A stretch of DNA of 63,888 nt, filler included, from Corallochytrium limacisporum Hawaii (GCA_002811645.1; 7 parts of 7 records of this genome joined end to end with filler, not necessarily neighbours in it), one strand, 5' to 3'; shown: positions 43,120 through 56,836, counted from the first letter of the whole stretch. The notes: generated by a model from the letters alone, not told the origin. Made by a program: numbers and translations.

Positions 43120-46100
43120 TCACCCCACACAGGCAACCAACCACACACGTTGCCTCCACGTAAACGCTTCCCCATACCCTTCTCCTACCCACCACATGGT
43201 ACCCCAAGGACCAAGACCGCGTGACCAAGGCCCCCCTTTGAAATCACTGTGGTCCTGGAGTGAGGTCAGTGTTTATGGGGGCGCTGATGGAGGGGGTGGG
43301 TCCGGAACCGGTTCAGCCACCGCTCTCCTTCCCCTTCCGAGACAGTAAAAAGGTTCCGCTCTTCGTCCTCAACACCCTGGTTGCGTGTGGAAACTAGCCG
43401 ATCAATGGGAACGGAATTGACCATCGGTGCCACTATAGATAAAGGTCATCGGAATTGTGAAAGCCAACACCCTTGGTAATATGCAGGGGTGACGCGTGGG
43501 GACTTAGGGAACAACGCCATGGCGAAGCTATGATCCTGAAAGTAGTACCAATCAGTTTGTGGGGAATTGAGTATTGTTTTCTTCGCATATACAAGGGTGT
43601 AATCTATAATATGCTGACATCGGTCTTGCCTCGGCCGAAGCAACAATACGCACCGATAAGCGTTAGATCACTTTTAGTCCGTTCGCGACGGTGGGGTAAT
43701 TCATCGTCACCTCTCCACCAGTACGCGTTTCTGAGGAGAAACAGCGGTTAAGGAGCGGAGTTTCCAACGGGAATTAGGGACCGTATGTTCGCCAACAAGT
43801 ACACACGCGACACACAAAACTACAGCATTACGCACAATGTTGTCAAACATAGCACATATGGCCGCTACAGTAAAAAACCACTACGCCAGCACACCGACAC
43901 CAGCAACTGGTTCTAGTGAGGTCGATGGTGAGACAGCACCGAGCATCTCCAGCGCCTAAACAGCATCCGCCCGATCACCTCATGTCTGCAAAACCCTCGA
44001 ACGCTAGCAAGGAATGAGTGTCCGACAGTTTTCGATGTCTGTCAAATTTATGTGTACTGTACATCCCTGGTGAAGAGAGTATCCGTTCACATGCGGAGCC
44101 ATCGTGGCAAACTTGCTTTACAGGTTGATCGCCCTGTGGAGTTCTGACGGACTGTCGGCGATTTTTGATGGTGGGCGGCGATATGGACTCTACATTTCAT
44201 CATCACCATGTGCATTCAAGTAGAGTCTCTTGCGAAATGCATTTCTGGCCAGCATCATCCACGTTTCGCCACCCCGGTCCTCAGCCCTCAGCCTATTATC
44301 TTGCTCGTAAATCTAGGGCGGTCACCAGAAAGATATATCACACACGCCCTCGCTTCTTAGTCGCATCAGTGGTTGCCGGTATAGATTGTTCTTTCGCGAC
44401 CGAGAGTTCGCTTAGGTTGGTGCACGAATTAAGAGGTCGTATGTGACACGCAAACCTTCGAGGTCTGTCTCGAAGGGGCCCCAGCCGTAGACCGGGGAGT
44501 GGCCTCAAGAAAATTTTTGGGCTGTCCATTTTAGCCTACGTGGAATGTTGCAGAATTTACAACTGGCCCCACCTATCGTCACTCCCTGTGCTTAATTTTG
44601 GAAGCAGCAGTATGTAGGGACGATTAGAGAATTCTATCCACACAGTTACGCACTGTTAGTGGAGTACAATGTGCATACGACCATGCTCACGTTCGCGTAA
44701 TTACTCATCCTAATCTTGTGCATGTCTCCAATAGGCGCCGCTAGCTACTATACATGGTTAACCATGCTGAAGGTTCCAGAGACTCATACACACAGCAGGG
44801 AACCGAAATGGTGGTGGTGGCAGAGTGTGGACAATGGATATCTTATACAATGCGCAGAATGGGCCCGCCGAAATAATAATCATTCTTGTGTTATGGATGG
44901 GTTCCTTATTTGATTGCGTATTCCAGCGTAGAACACTAAGGTACTATCGGCATATTACTCTGCTACTCTGGTTTCAACTGCTTCATTAAGCATGTAAACC
45001 AAGGAATTCACAGAATTGACGAGGTCCAGGACCACGCCATCCACAATCCTGGACAAATCCTTTAAGCTGTCACATCGGTCCGTGCAGAATCTTTTTTGAC
45101 TTTCACGCCTCTTCGTGCTTTTGAGGCCCGCCCACCCCCCTTTCTCCCGGGGGTTTGTTAATCCCACGGTTAGGGAAGCAGGATATTTATTTTCCTGTGC
45201 CACAACTGAGTGCACAGGTGGCAAACGGGGAAAGGGGGGACAAGATCCGGGGCTAGCTCCGAGGATATCAGGACCAGTGTTGCCACTTAGTTGGTGCGGC
45301 CATGGTTCGGGCATTTTTTTTGGTTCCAGTGTGGTCAATGCGTGGAGACGAAGTGAGCATGTTGAACATGTTCATATCTAACGCATCTTAGTGTACTCTG
45401 GGAAAGACACATCGAATGTTCACATGCGGTACAGCCAATGTACCACTCCTCTTGTTAGCACGTACACATGGCTTCGATCATCCTAACCCAGGTTCCCTCG
45501 ACATTTGTGAGAACACCCCCGGACTCTTGGAAGCTCTTGGAAACTTATTGGCGTCAACATGACATGAAGACTCAGTACAGTAGAGATTTGTAACATCCCA
45601 ATCCACCTAGTATAGAGAAGAGTGTGGAAGAGTCGTTATCATAGCCCACAAGAGCACGGGATTTGCACGTCGATGATTTGTAACAATGGTGAAACATGAT
45701 GCTCACCCATGAATAGTAACCTGGAATGTCTATTCGACACACATTGAAGGTTGAGACAAGTACGCAGGCTGGCAGGCGGAAACCAATCCAATTTTCTGCA
45801 GGTTCTGCCTTTTCCAATGCCCGCTGGCTTTCGAGTTTGGTAGTGGTAAACTACGTCTGCAATGCCACTGAGAGTGTAAGTTGCTGTATGTATGTATGTG
45901 TTTGTGCAGTGAGAGTGCCTACATCCCTATCCGTATGTGTATGTCGATGTGCGCGTAGGGTAAATTTGTGCTACGGGAGTTGGGACGATTGGGCTCGGTC
46001 GTGACTGGGGGGGGGTTGGTTCGAGCAATGAAAGAGTGCACAGAGCTGGTTTGTGGTGGTTGATGAACCTTCACCTGCCACCGTGTGATTGACGGCAGAT

Positions 46101-47124
46101 GGCGATGATTATGATGGCGACGATGACGATGACGATGATGGTAGTCGTCTGCGTTGGTGGTGGTGGTGGTGGTTATTGATATGAGGGTAACGATGAAAAC
46201 GGAGGCTTGAGTTGCCTGCTCAATTTGGCGGGAACTCTGCTTGGGAGTTTAGCGAGCAAAGCAGCAAAGACACCTGGAACTCAAGCGCGAAAGGTCGACA
46301 GTGGTGTGTGTTGTGGGGGTGAGAAAGGGAAGAGGGAAGNNNNNNNNNNNNNNNNNNNNNNNNNNNNNNNNNNNNNNNNNNNNNNNNNNNNNNNNNNNNN
46401 NNNNNNNNNNNNNNNNNNNNNNNNNNNNNNNNNNNNNNNNNNNNNNNNNNNNNNNNNNNNNNNNNNNNNNNNNNNNNNNNNNNNNNNNNNNNNNNNNNNN
46501 NNNNNNNNNNNNNNNNNNNNNNNNNNNNNNNNNNNNNNNNNNNNNNNNNNNNNNNNNNNNNNNNNNNNNNNNNNNNNNNNNNNNNNNNNNNNNNNNNNNN
46601 NNNNNNNNNNNNNNNNNNNNNNNNNNNNNNNNNNNNNNNNNNNGGGGTTGGGGGGAGGGGGGGAGGAAAGGGGAAAGGGGGGGAAGGTGACACCCCCGGG
46701 GGAGAGGGGGAAAGCAGTCGTGACGCCATAAATCGTCGTTGCCACTGGCGAGGCAGGGAAGGCGAACATGTGCAAACACAATGTGTGCCGGTGTTTCAGT
46801 CACCTATGACCTTTGAAAAAAAAATGAAGAAAGATAAAATCTCGTGACTCTATGCTCGATGTGTGCTGCGTCTGCGGTGTTTATCCTTGAGGTTAACTCA
46901 CCGGCCTTCCTCCCTCATCGCAGGTGTACTTCTAGTAGATGGATGATTGGTTTGGGATGAACAGACTTAACCTATTTAAACTGATCCGATCCGAACAAAC
47001 TAGTGTACCTCTTGTAATTTGATCATCAAGTGAACTGAACTCCTACTGATCGGGTATTCAGTTCAAGTGTACACAGCAATCTTTTGTTCTAGTTTGTTAG
47101 AAACACTTTTGTTCACTATTAATC

Positions 47125-48708
47125 ATGTCCGCCTACCCTGACACCCACTCTATGCAGAGTGACGTTGAGGCTCTGAACACCAACACCCGCAAGGAAGCTC
47201 CCTGGTACCGTCGCCGTGGTCTTCTGACCGCTGCTGTTGCCGCTCTGGCCGTCGTGGCTCTGACCATCGGTTTGTCCGTGGGTTTGACTGAGGACCATAG
47301 TTCCTCTCCTAGCTCCTCTCCTAGCTCCTCTCCTAGCTCCGGCTCCGATGCTGCTGATGTCGCTGCCCAGAGCTTTGCTTCTGAGGAGTCCTCCCTCCCT
47401 GTCTGTCAACTGAACGACTGGACCACGAAATCAACTGGAGCTAATTGCTACTTTGATATGTCACGTACTGACTGCGCCGAGTGCAAGTCTAAGGGTGATT
47501 GTCAATGCTTCGATGGCAAGCAGCACTACTGTGTGCCCTGTGGTGATGTCGACAAGTGCGAATCTGCTCCCAAATGCACCCCCAACAGCACCACCACCAT
47601 TACTACTACCACTACCACTAGCGGCACCACCGAAGTCGTCTGTTCCCTGAACGAATACACCGTGTCGACCACTGGGGGGACGTGCTATTATGACACGTCC
47701 AGCAAGGACTGTGCCCAGTGCGTGTCCGGTGCCTGCCAGTGCTACAATGGCAAGCAGCACTACTGCACTCCTTGCCATGACACCTCGGTGTGCGACTCGA
47801 GTCCCCCCTGCACCCCCAGTACTAGTACGGCCAGTTCGCAAACCACTAGTACCAGTACCACTACCACTACTAGCGTCCTCCCTACCGGCTACCACCACAC
47901 TGTTGCATCCTGGGGCATGCAGATTGCTGGCAACATCGATCAAATGATCACGGACATGCACAATTCAGATGTCGAGCTCGCTGTGGCCACCTGCCAATTC
48001 GGAAAGAACGACTACCTCAATTCAGAACAGGTTAGCCAGATCAAGTCGAACGGCAAGGTGGCAGCATGCTACATCTCCGTCGGCGAAGCTACAAACTACT
48101 TCTACTATGACTGTGATTCTTGTTCCGAAGGAAGTCCCCCTCCGGATGCCATTGTCCAGGACGGTGGTGTTCAGAAGGTCAAGTACTGGGAGAGCTCCTG
48201 GAATCAGGCTATGAAGAACTACATGCATACAGTCATGCAAAACGGCTGGGACGGTATCTGGCTGGACCGTATTGACACCTACCAGTGGATGGCCTCCCAC
48301 GAAAACATTGACAAGAGAACGGCCGCCAACAACATGATCCAACTGGTCCTGGATATGTTCGATATTGCCCTTCAGTATAAGAACAAGCCGTTCTTTATCC
48401 CCAATTTTGCCCCTCTCATCATTAATGATGCGGATACCGATATGGCCAACAAGTACATGAACATTATCGCTGGCATCGGAGCCGAGTCTACGTGGTACCA
48501 GAGCGGCACGTATGACCCCTACAAGGGCAACATCGCAGATTTCACTGTCTTCAAGAATGCTGGTGTCAACGTCCTTTCCATTGAGTACATCAGCTCCAGT
48601 GAGTATGGCCAGTACTGTTCCGTGGCTAAGCAGGCAGGTTTCCTGCCGTATCACACCAATACCGGTCTGTCCGAATGGGATCCCTATCCCACTGTTCCCT
48701 GTCAATAA
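47125..48708 (+). CDS. Type II membrane-anchored GH114 (endo-alpha-1,4-galactosaminidase/TM1410-like) glycoside hydrolase with two Cys-rich repeats and Thr/Ser linkers
   Basis: PWYRRR + TM ending IGLSVGL; two 10-Cys repeats; catalytic barrel motifs CYISVGEA, VKYWESSW, GWDGIWLDRIDTY, GIGAES, VLSIEY. Confidence 0.82.
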   Translation: MSAYPDTHSMQSDVEALNTNTRKEAPWYRRRGLLTAAVAALAVVALTIGLSVGLTEDHSSSPSSSPSSSPSSGSDAADVAAQSFASEESSLPVCQLNDWTTKSTGANCYFDMSRTDCAECKSKGDCQCFDGKQHYCVPCGDVDKCESAPKCTPNSTTTITTTTTTSGTTEVVCSLNEYTVSTTGGTCYYDTSSKDCAQCVSGACQCYNGKQHYCTPCHDTSVCDSSPPCTPSTSTASSQTTSTSTTTTTSVLPTGYHHTVASWGMQIAGNIDQMITDMHNSDVELAVATCQFGKNDYLNSEQVSQIKSNGKVAACYISVGEATNYFYYDCDSCSEGSPPPDAIVQDGGVQKVKYWESSWNQAMKNYMHTVMQNGWDGIWLDRIDTYQWMASHENIDKRTAANNMIQLVLDMFDIALQYKNKPFFIPNFAPLIINDADTDMANKYMNIIAGIGAESTWYQSGTYDPYKGNIADFTVFKNAGVNVLSIEYISSSEYGQYCSVAKQAGFLPYHTNTGLSEWDPYPTVPCQ

Positions 48709-51700
48709 GACCCTTGTATGAATAGCGCTGGTTCGCTGATTTTTCACAATGGTCCACGGTCCACGGTGTTCCACTTGTTGGAGGTGATGAGGAAACGCCA
48801 ACCGTTCATGAATCTGTTCGCTCAACCCATGTGGTTGATCAAACGCCCTCGAAGCCCCCTTGACTCTCCTCCCTACCCCCATCACACGGTGCTGGTAGCC
48901 GTGATCTCTCTTGTGATCGGAGGACAGTGGTGTTTCGAGACATTCGTTGGGCACCAAGAATTTAATCCACGAAAAGCGTCCAGAGGGTGCACACCCTGAA
49001 TACATCTCTCCGCTTCTAGCATGTGTGCTCACACACCCAAAAAACGACTTGATCAATCTTGTTCTTTGAGTGAAACGTTAATGTATAACTACCGAACAAC
49101 AGTGTACTGTACTTCATGACCATGCAATACAGGGAAGACTAGAGGCCAACATCGCCTCGAAGTTACCCTCCCCATACAAACTGCCCCCTGCCCCCCAAAG
49201 GGGGGGGGGGGAGAGAGTTGTTTTCCGAGGCCGGGCAACGGAAAATAGACTCCCAGTTCTTCCTAAACGCCTACACACCTGGTCTGGTCCTCTCTCCCTG
49301 TGATGCGTTTTTTAAGTCCTTGATCCTCTCCCTTGGGGTGGGAGCACAGCTTTCGTATACGGTGGTACGTGATTTCAGACCAAGGCAAACAATACCCACG
49401 GGGCGGCGAAGAGCTAACGCTCGCGGGCTTAGCAATACTTTCGTCCTTATATTATAATGAAGGGTCCATTTATTTCTGGTGATGGAAATGATTTTCCCGT
49501 ACTAGCAATCATATCAATCACCATACTGCTGACACAATTGTACTTAACTTTTCAGGGAAGGATTTAATTCTGTAAACCTAACGCGATGACTTATTTAAAT
49601 CAATACTTAAACAGGTCCGGTCACCATACAGTTGTTTTTGATTGATACATTTTACGAATCCATATTGATGAAAGTTCCAGCTGTACGAGCCGGAGGTCGT
49701 TAGACGACTTTCGCATCTCCCCCCCCGCGGGGCTGGGATTTGGGGTAAGAACATTGAGGCACTATGTTCTCTTTTCGAGCCACGGATTATTGGAAGTCCG
49801 ACACTGTCTCACAGAACTTGACAGTACGCTGTGTGGTTGGCACGAGTACGGGAAGTTTTACACTGTTTGAATCCGTTGGCTCTACATTTCTGTAAGCGAA
49901 TCACGCCATGGAGGCGAGCCAACTATGCGAGATACCACAGTATGTCAGTCACTGTGTGGCGGCCGACTTGCTTAGCAAGTGCTCCCCCTTTCACCCCGCA
50001 TGCTGCCACAGGGTGCGCGCCACTGATCTGCCGGTTTTCATCGATATTCATCGTACATATAGGTTCCTTCGGTCAATGTCCATATGATTAATGGCACAGG
50101 GGGCAGACCCTCTTGATTTATTATCCCCGAGCAAGTACCGGTTCATATGAAAATAATTGTATGGGTTCTTTCTTTCCTTTGAAACAAATGTGAATGGCTT
50201 TGATTTTCTTAGTTTTCTATTGACTTCTGCTGCAAAATCTGGTCACGGAGTGTGTGGGATTGGGGTGGAAATCGCCCTCCTGCGCCTTTGGGGCTTGAAC
50301 CAATGACCCCCCCTCTTCCTTTCTCCCACTTGCACCTCTATAGCACCATCACATCACGCACTGAGACAGCCACGAACACACACGCACAGATCACGCATAA
50401 CACCGGCCCCCTAGGTTAGGTCCAATCCCAGGATCCCTATCAAAAGCGTTGTGCAATCGCTCAATTTCCGTACCATCAATTAGATTGGTGGACAGAAGAA
50501 TTTTTCACACTCTTTTGCCAATATATTTAGTATGAATCTATCGCTCCGGTAAATGCTGATGGGGCGAGGAGGAGGGGTTTCTGGTGAGTGGGAGTGTCCG
50601 GGAGTGGACAAGGGATGTCAGGCGGTGGCAGACTCTCACCGTTGCAAGAATTCTTTTCAGCTTTTCCATGCCTCGGATCCCGCTATGTCTGCGCGCCCCT
50701 GAATCCCCCCCCCCCTCTCCCGTAACCCCGCCAATTGCGTTCAGGCTATTGTATAGTATCTTCTAATACGTCAAGAAACGCTATCTTTAGTAACAAAGGA
50801 AGACAGGTTCCGCTATGCACTAAGGGGTGTGTTCGGTGAGTGCACAATGGAGCCCATACTCACCTATTGATGCCCCCCCCCTCTCCCTTTTCTCGGTATG
50901 GGACGAGCTACACACCCCATTCAACACTCTTCCCGAATTATAAATTCCGTACCGAAGGCGCGGGCGCATGGTAGTGGGCTGTGTGCCTCTCCTCTGAAGC
51001 CCGTTCACGGGCTGATGATTATCGAGGGTGGTCTCTTCGCATGTGGGTTTAGGTTTCGAGGGTGCATGTCGCGGTGTGGCGGGCCGCGAATTAAATTCCG
51101 ACCCGCACAACAGTTGAAAAGTGGTCCAATGCCCCCAGAATAGTACTTAACGTATTGCCTTTTTTCTATGAACCGTTCATGGAAACTGCGTTGGCTATCT
51201 GTGATTTCATACGCAGTAGACGACACATCGGATCCCAAGAAATCTCTCTGCTAATTCGTCCGAAACTATAGCCCTACATATTGACCGTTTCCAGAGATGA
51301 GGATCCATTGTCCAGGAGTATATGAGAACTAGCACTCTGCAACGAGATGAACACATGGGCTTTCCGGCGCTTTACTGACAGAAGCTTGTCTGGTTTATGC
51401 CCGCTGCTCTGACAAACCGACTGACTGGCTTCCGAAGGGCATCAGAATCGCAATCACATCGTCGGGTCATGTCCACGACTCCGTACTCTTGTGCCACCTC
51501 CACACTATTGTTTCTCAAAAACTTTGTCAGTTTCGCAACCATGTAGGATGTTGACATTTACAACCAGGACAACGGGACCCATAAAAGCAAAATGCAGACT
51601 GTGACCGTGGTACACAGTTGGGGCCCCTACAGATACGCAGCTGAGTCCCCGTCGCTACCCTCGCGTCCAATCTGTTCCTAACGTACGTCAACATAGGGCT

Positions 51701-54050
51701 TAGGAAGAAGTAATTTGTCTTCTCAAAGTACGGTCATTCAGTCTTCGAAGCTACGGTTGACGAAGTCGTCACTGCATGACCCGTCAGCAGCCAACCTCTC
51801 TGTTTCTGTCCATTGTCTTCGACACAATTACATCTTTCTGCATGCTCCCCTTAACGTATCCCTTACCGTTTTAGGTGATTGCTGTACAGGAGATTTCGAC
51901 CCCGGTCTAATGGTGGAGACCGAAAATGCTAGATAGCCAATCGTGTTTTTCATAGATTCTCACTTGCCCAGGTGTAGTCTGTTTCTCTCGTACGTTTCTC
52001 GTTCCCGAGTCGTACACATCGTGTCTTAGGTTCTCTAATCAATTGCTACGTGATCATCACGTAGGTCTTACGTCAAGCTAAACTCGGAAATCACAAACGC
52101 AACCTACTGGCTTTAAACATTGATACAGCACTGTATCAACCAGTGGATGGATGACGGTTCCTTGATTATCTACGAGGAGTGACCTCTGTTTCCAGACATC
52201 CCCATTTCTTCACATTCAACATTTTATACTTATCCTTGACATCTTCCGCACACATACACACAGAATGAAATGTCGTTCTTCGCAAAGGGAGAGCGATTTG
52301 AAAGAAATAGGGTACAATCAACAGGCAAATTGTGAGCATGCTTTATTATAGTGCAGTGGAAGACGCCTTTGCTTATACTGGTTCTGCTCCCTAAACCATC
52401 GAGGACGCTTTGCGGCGGAGGACAGCCCTATCTATGCAGATGTAAATTGTGGTCTTCAATCGAGAAGCAAGTGCGCATGGACGGCCGGAGCAGATCGAGA
52501 CACTCACAAGGCCGGCCTACCATGGTAGACCCATCCACCATGGTTCCCGGATTGCGATGCGCGCGCCAATCCGACCATCGCTAAAGAAAGACACCAAGTT
52601 TTACCCCGGCTACAACTGCAGTTCAGGCAATGGTTTCGATCAACATGCACCTGTGGTTCAAGATAAGCCAGATCACAGATGCCATTACCACCGAAAATCC
52701 CCCCCCGGGGAGGGGGGGGGAGCGCAACGCTCCTCGATCGCCAATTTCTGGCTACGGGAGTTCCCGTCCAGAGAATTGGAAATGTGCCGAGTGGCGGCGC
52801 GCCCAAGGAAATCGGCGGGCACGACATGCGGGCAACCAGAGAAGCTGCAGAGCCCTTGAAACGTGGACAGTCGACCGGAGAGTTTGCGAGTGTGCGAGGA
52901 ACCTACAATCTGTGTCTCTCTGTACGCACAAGAAGACACAGATCCGTGTGAGCAGAATGAGAAAACAGCATTACGAGTGATTGCTTGCGCTAGAAAGGCA
53001 ATATCTTTCCTTGCGAGAAAGGTCTAAACTGGTGGGAGGGGGACAAGGGACACAGACTATAGGGGTGCTGTGATTTTGGCCACATGGTACTTGCCGCCGC
53101 CTACACGATGTTGACAACCATGGCCGTGTACACTTTCTTAGCAGACGCACAACTGCACAATATTGTACCTAGTTGCACTTTTGTTCACATGCCAATGGCT
53201 TTCAGTTTGGCATCTGGATTTGTTGGAACGGTAAGGATAAACAGGCAAATCAAGCATACTTTTGGAGCGGAAGGTTTCCCTTTCTTCTCGCGCACCACGG
53301 TGTTGGCCCATAGACTCCGGAGTAGGATGGCCTCTGTGCTCGACCCTGGGGAGCTTAGCCTGCGAACCTGTTTCCAGCTAAGGACAGCATCAGGTGGCTC
53401 GCAACTGTAACTGCTCTATTGTGATAGTGTTTGTCGGCTGTACGAACTACGATGAAGAATTGACGACGACTTGTGTCCATATGTTCCCAGTGGTTGTGGG
53501 CCTGCCAAGCGCGGTGACGAAATGCATAGCCAGTATACGGCACACGCTTTCCTGTGAGCCTCCTGAGCATCGAGTGTTGATGGATACGCTCCAGTTCAAG
53601 CCCAAGCCAACTTTGCGCAGAGGGAGATTCACAGGGATCAGGGCAGGACGAGGGGAACAAGGGGAAGGGATGAGGAGGCAGCCTTACCTACGTCAAAGCA
53701 TCAGTGCCCCTGCCGCGTGCACAGGTCACAGGTTTCTGAGCACACGAAGCCCAAACTCCGGCGGTGCGGGGCTGTTGTCTTTGCGACACTGTTGTGCAAA
53801 GACACTAACCCACCATCGAGCATCATCAGGGAGCCTCGCATGGAAGTCACAGGCGAAGAGGGTCGACTGCCCTGTCCCTGCAGAGCAGGGCGGGCTGAAG
53901 AAAAATCTTTTTTTTTCTGTCCTTTCTTCCTTTTTTTCCCTCCTTTGTTTTCCTTTGAAAAATTGAACGATTTGTTTGAGAGTAGTTCCAACTTTCTGGA
54001 ACGCTAGCAGTGGAATGTCACGCAAAGCCGAGGCCCGTTTCGCGGACTTT

Positions 54051-54057
<7 letters not shown>

Positions 54058-54092
<35 letters not shown>
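54058..54092 (+). repeat. (CT)n microsatellite
   Basis: Pure TC run. Confidence 0.95.
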
Positions 54093-54094
<2 letters not shown>

Positions 54095-55359
54095 CCTTCC
54101 TGTTCGTTCGTTCTTTGCTTCGGTTCTCTTTTCGATCTGTCTCCCCCATCTGGTTGTCGAGTCTCTTTTGTTGTTCTTGTTTTTTTTATTGGTTTTTTCC
54201 TTATTCATTATCCAAGTATTTACTATGGAGAAACTAAGGTTCCATCTCCCCAGGCTCTGTAGATCGTTACCGTACTGGTGGGCGATGGGTCTGAGAAAAT
54301 TTTCTCGTGGGGCCTCGAACGAAACTTCCCGCCGCGCCAATGAAACTGAAAGCTCTCAAGCCATGTTGTCCGCCAGTACTGAAACTGCCGAGTGTTGTCC
54401 AAGCCTGCAGAACAGAAACACGAGGTTGGCATGTATCTGCTGAGAAGAATTTTTGAGTCCTTACGATTTTTTCCACATTGGCCAATATGTATAGTGGACC
54501 CACCGAATGAAAATCGGCAAAGGAGATTGGTGGGTATTCCAGAATTAGTCTGCCCCCTGGACATCGCGATCGACATCTAATTAATACCAGGCATAAACAT
54601 TTCTGATTCCAGCCAACTGATATACATAGTGCATGTTTGGGATGTATGTTAGTAAAGACCTCATCAGCAAGTTAATCCACATCTACAGCGATCCCGGAGT
54701 GTCCCAAGCCCCTAGCACAGTTCGGACCGGCCTTATCTTGTATGTGGGCACTGTGTTGCAGTTGAATGCAAGATGGTGGCGAACCTTATCAATCCACGAA
54801 GATGAACCAGCACGCTGGTAACTCGATCGATGCAATCCGTACCTGATGGGCATGGAAAAAACCGACACTTCTCTAAGCCTTCTACAAGCAAAGCGTTGGA
54901 GATCGCTATTTTGATCCAGACATCCGAACCGACCAACACACACAATGTGGCCGAGTGAATATCTTGTAATTGTGCATATTCGTGCAAACAGGAAGCTGAC
55001 GGGTAGAAAGGCTTCATGTCTATAAGGAAACAGTATTCAGCAACCCACCCGCGTTCTCATAACGTATACAATTACTGATACGCTGGTCGGAGTAAGGGTA
55101 CCGCAATACTGTCTCGCCAGGGGAACAGCCCGTCTCCCACAAAAAGTCGGTGTGTCCCTTGCCATGTCAGTGTGGTAGTCCTCTTGTGTGTGCGAGTAAC
55201 CGTGCATGTGATTCGTGTACGCGGTGTGCGTGTGCGTGTGTTTGTATTTTGCGTATCTGCGTTATTTAATTATACTTAGGCACTTCTCCCCCATCCCTGA
55301 TGTTAAGCCCCGTTGGACACTAAAGGGTGTGCTTTATTTATTACGCCCGTGTGCCCCTT

Positions 55360-55569
55360 TACCACCCTCTGTCTCATAATATTAGGCCGAATCTATTCAA
55401 ATCACATTCATTCGAATCCCGACCGCTGTNNNNNNNNNNNNNNNNNNNNNNNNNNNNNNNNNNNNNNNNNNNNTTAATTAATTAANNNNNNNNNNNNNNN
55501 NNNNNNNNNNNNNNNNNNNNNNNNNNNNNAACCCTAACCCGGAGTATACATTCAACTCAGAGGATAGTA
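55360..55569. mobile_element. TA-flanked TIR element around linker gap
   Basis: Left end TA|CCACCCTCTGTCTCATAATATTAG (55360); putative right end CAGAGGATAG|TA (55558-55569, 10/12 match to the TIR consensus). Confidence 0.65.
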
Positions 55570-56542
55570 CTGCAGACTCTGAGAGGTGAGGGTATTAGAC
55601 ATGTTTGTCGCAAATGAGTGCGGGGTTCGTGTGAGGATCAATCTGTTCTGGGAATCGCCTCCGGAAAATGTGCGGGGGGTACAACTATGACTTGGCGCTT
55701 TTAAATCTACTATCCTACCTGTGTACACCTTGCAGTCTTAAGATATACGAACAGGTGGGAGGAGACAAACGGCCCAAGATATGTCAGTTGGCAAAACATA
55801 AAAGGACAAAAGAGAATAAAAAGGGCATCGTCCAGTGGGCAGACAATGCGCACTGGTTTTTCGTACCTTCTTTGTACGTGGTACCAAGTTGTTTCACATT
55901 CTTTTTCCATCTACTGCGTTTGGTAACAAGTTGTTGGTAGCCCTCCTGGTATTCGTCTGGGCGTGGTCTGAAACGTTCGGTATCAAAAAGCCATCACTCT
56001 GTGAAGACATGGTTCAGATCAGCGAGAGTGTTTTCTCACTCAGTTCAGAACACCCCCCCCCAATCCCAATGGCACTGACTCTGGGGTGTCGAGGGGTATC
56101 GACTGCCAGACTTTCAGTACCATTCGGTTTAAGGAATGGGTTTTCTCAAGTATAGAATAGGGTGAACCCCCATGCCAACTACACCTAGTGATTCGAAAAG
56201 ATACACCTCTTTGTAGGGTACCAGGGGTATCAGAATATTAATATTCACTTTGTCCATATCCCTGAAAAGATTGTAAGCCAAAACGAATTGCTCATCAGCT
56301 TTACTGCCAATAGCAAAAAAAGCCAAACCTTGGAGCCTCCCGACAAAACCGCAGACAATAAATTGAATTTTCTTTTTGGATAACTCTGAAAATTGGCAAT
56401 GTGATTGTTTCAGGTGTAATGCCATGATGCATTTCACAAGAATCGCTGTGCCTAAGATAAAAATCAAGGCCAGTGATCTAAACCCATCGTCACGTGCAAC
56501 AAACAACTGAAAAAATCCAAGTGACAGCATACAGCGCCGTAG

Positions 56543-56836
56543 AACTTTCGCCTGGAAGGATATGGACGCCGTGCTCTCCACATTGATGCACGCCGCCAGT
56601 CTCTGGACCTGGTTAAGCTGCTGATCGGGTTTGGAGCTGATGCTGTTGATGTCTACGGATGCACTACTCTGCACTATTCCGCCGTCGTTGGCCACACCGA
56701 TGCTGCTCTGACCCTCACGGTCGCCATGAAAGCTACCAACTTCGCCTCTGACGATGAAGAGACTCTGTCTGTTGCCGCTCCCTGCGAATTGGCCCAGTCT
56801 GAGGGACACAGCGTCCTTGCTCAGCTGCTCAGTTGA
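56543..56836 (+). pseudogene. Ankyrin-repeat gene relic (not in ORF track)
   Basis: Stop-to-stop frame reads GYGRRALHIDARRQSLDLVKLLIGFGADAVDVYGCTTLHYSAVVGHTDAALTL...PCELAQSEGHSVLAQLLS*; bounded upstream by TAG at 56540 with no usable ATG. Confidence 0.65.

Noticed and set aside
48022-49056. 344-aa minus-strand ORF and similar antisense ORFs over real genes
   Set aside because: Shadow ORFs caused by codon bias of the sense genes.
50278-50312. B-box-like GGTTCAAGCCC on the minus strand suggesting a tRNA
   Set aside because: No cloverleaf, D-arm or anticodon stem can be built upstream.
54590-54943. VLGAWDTPGSL motif resembling DUF2235 lipase-like or GTPase G3 motifs
   Set aside because: Single short motif with no convincing flanking conservation.
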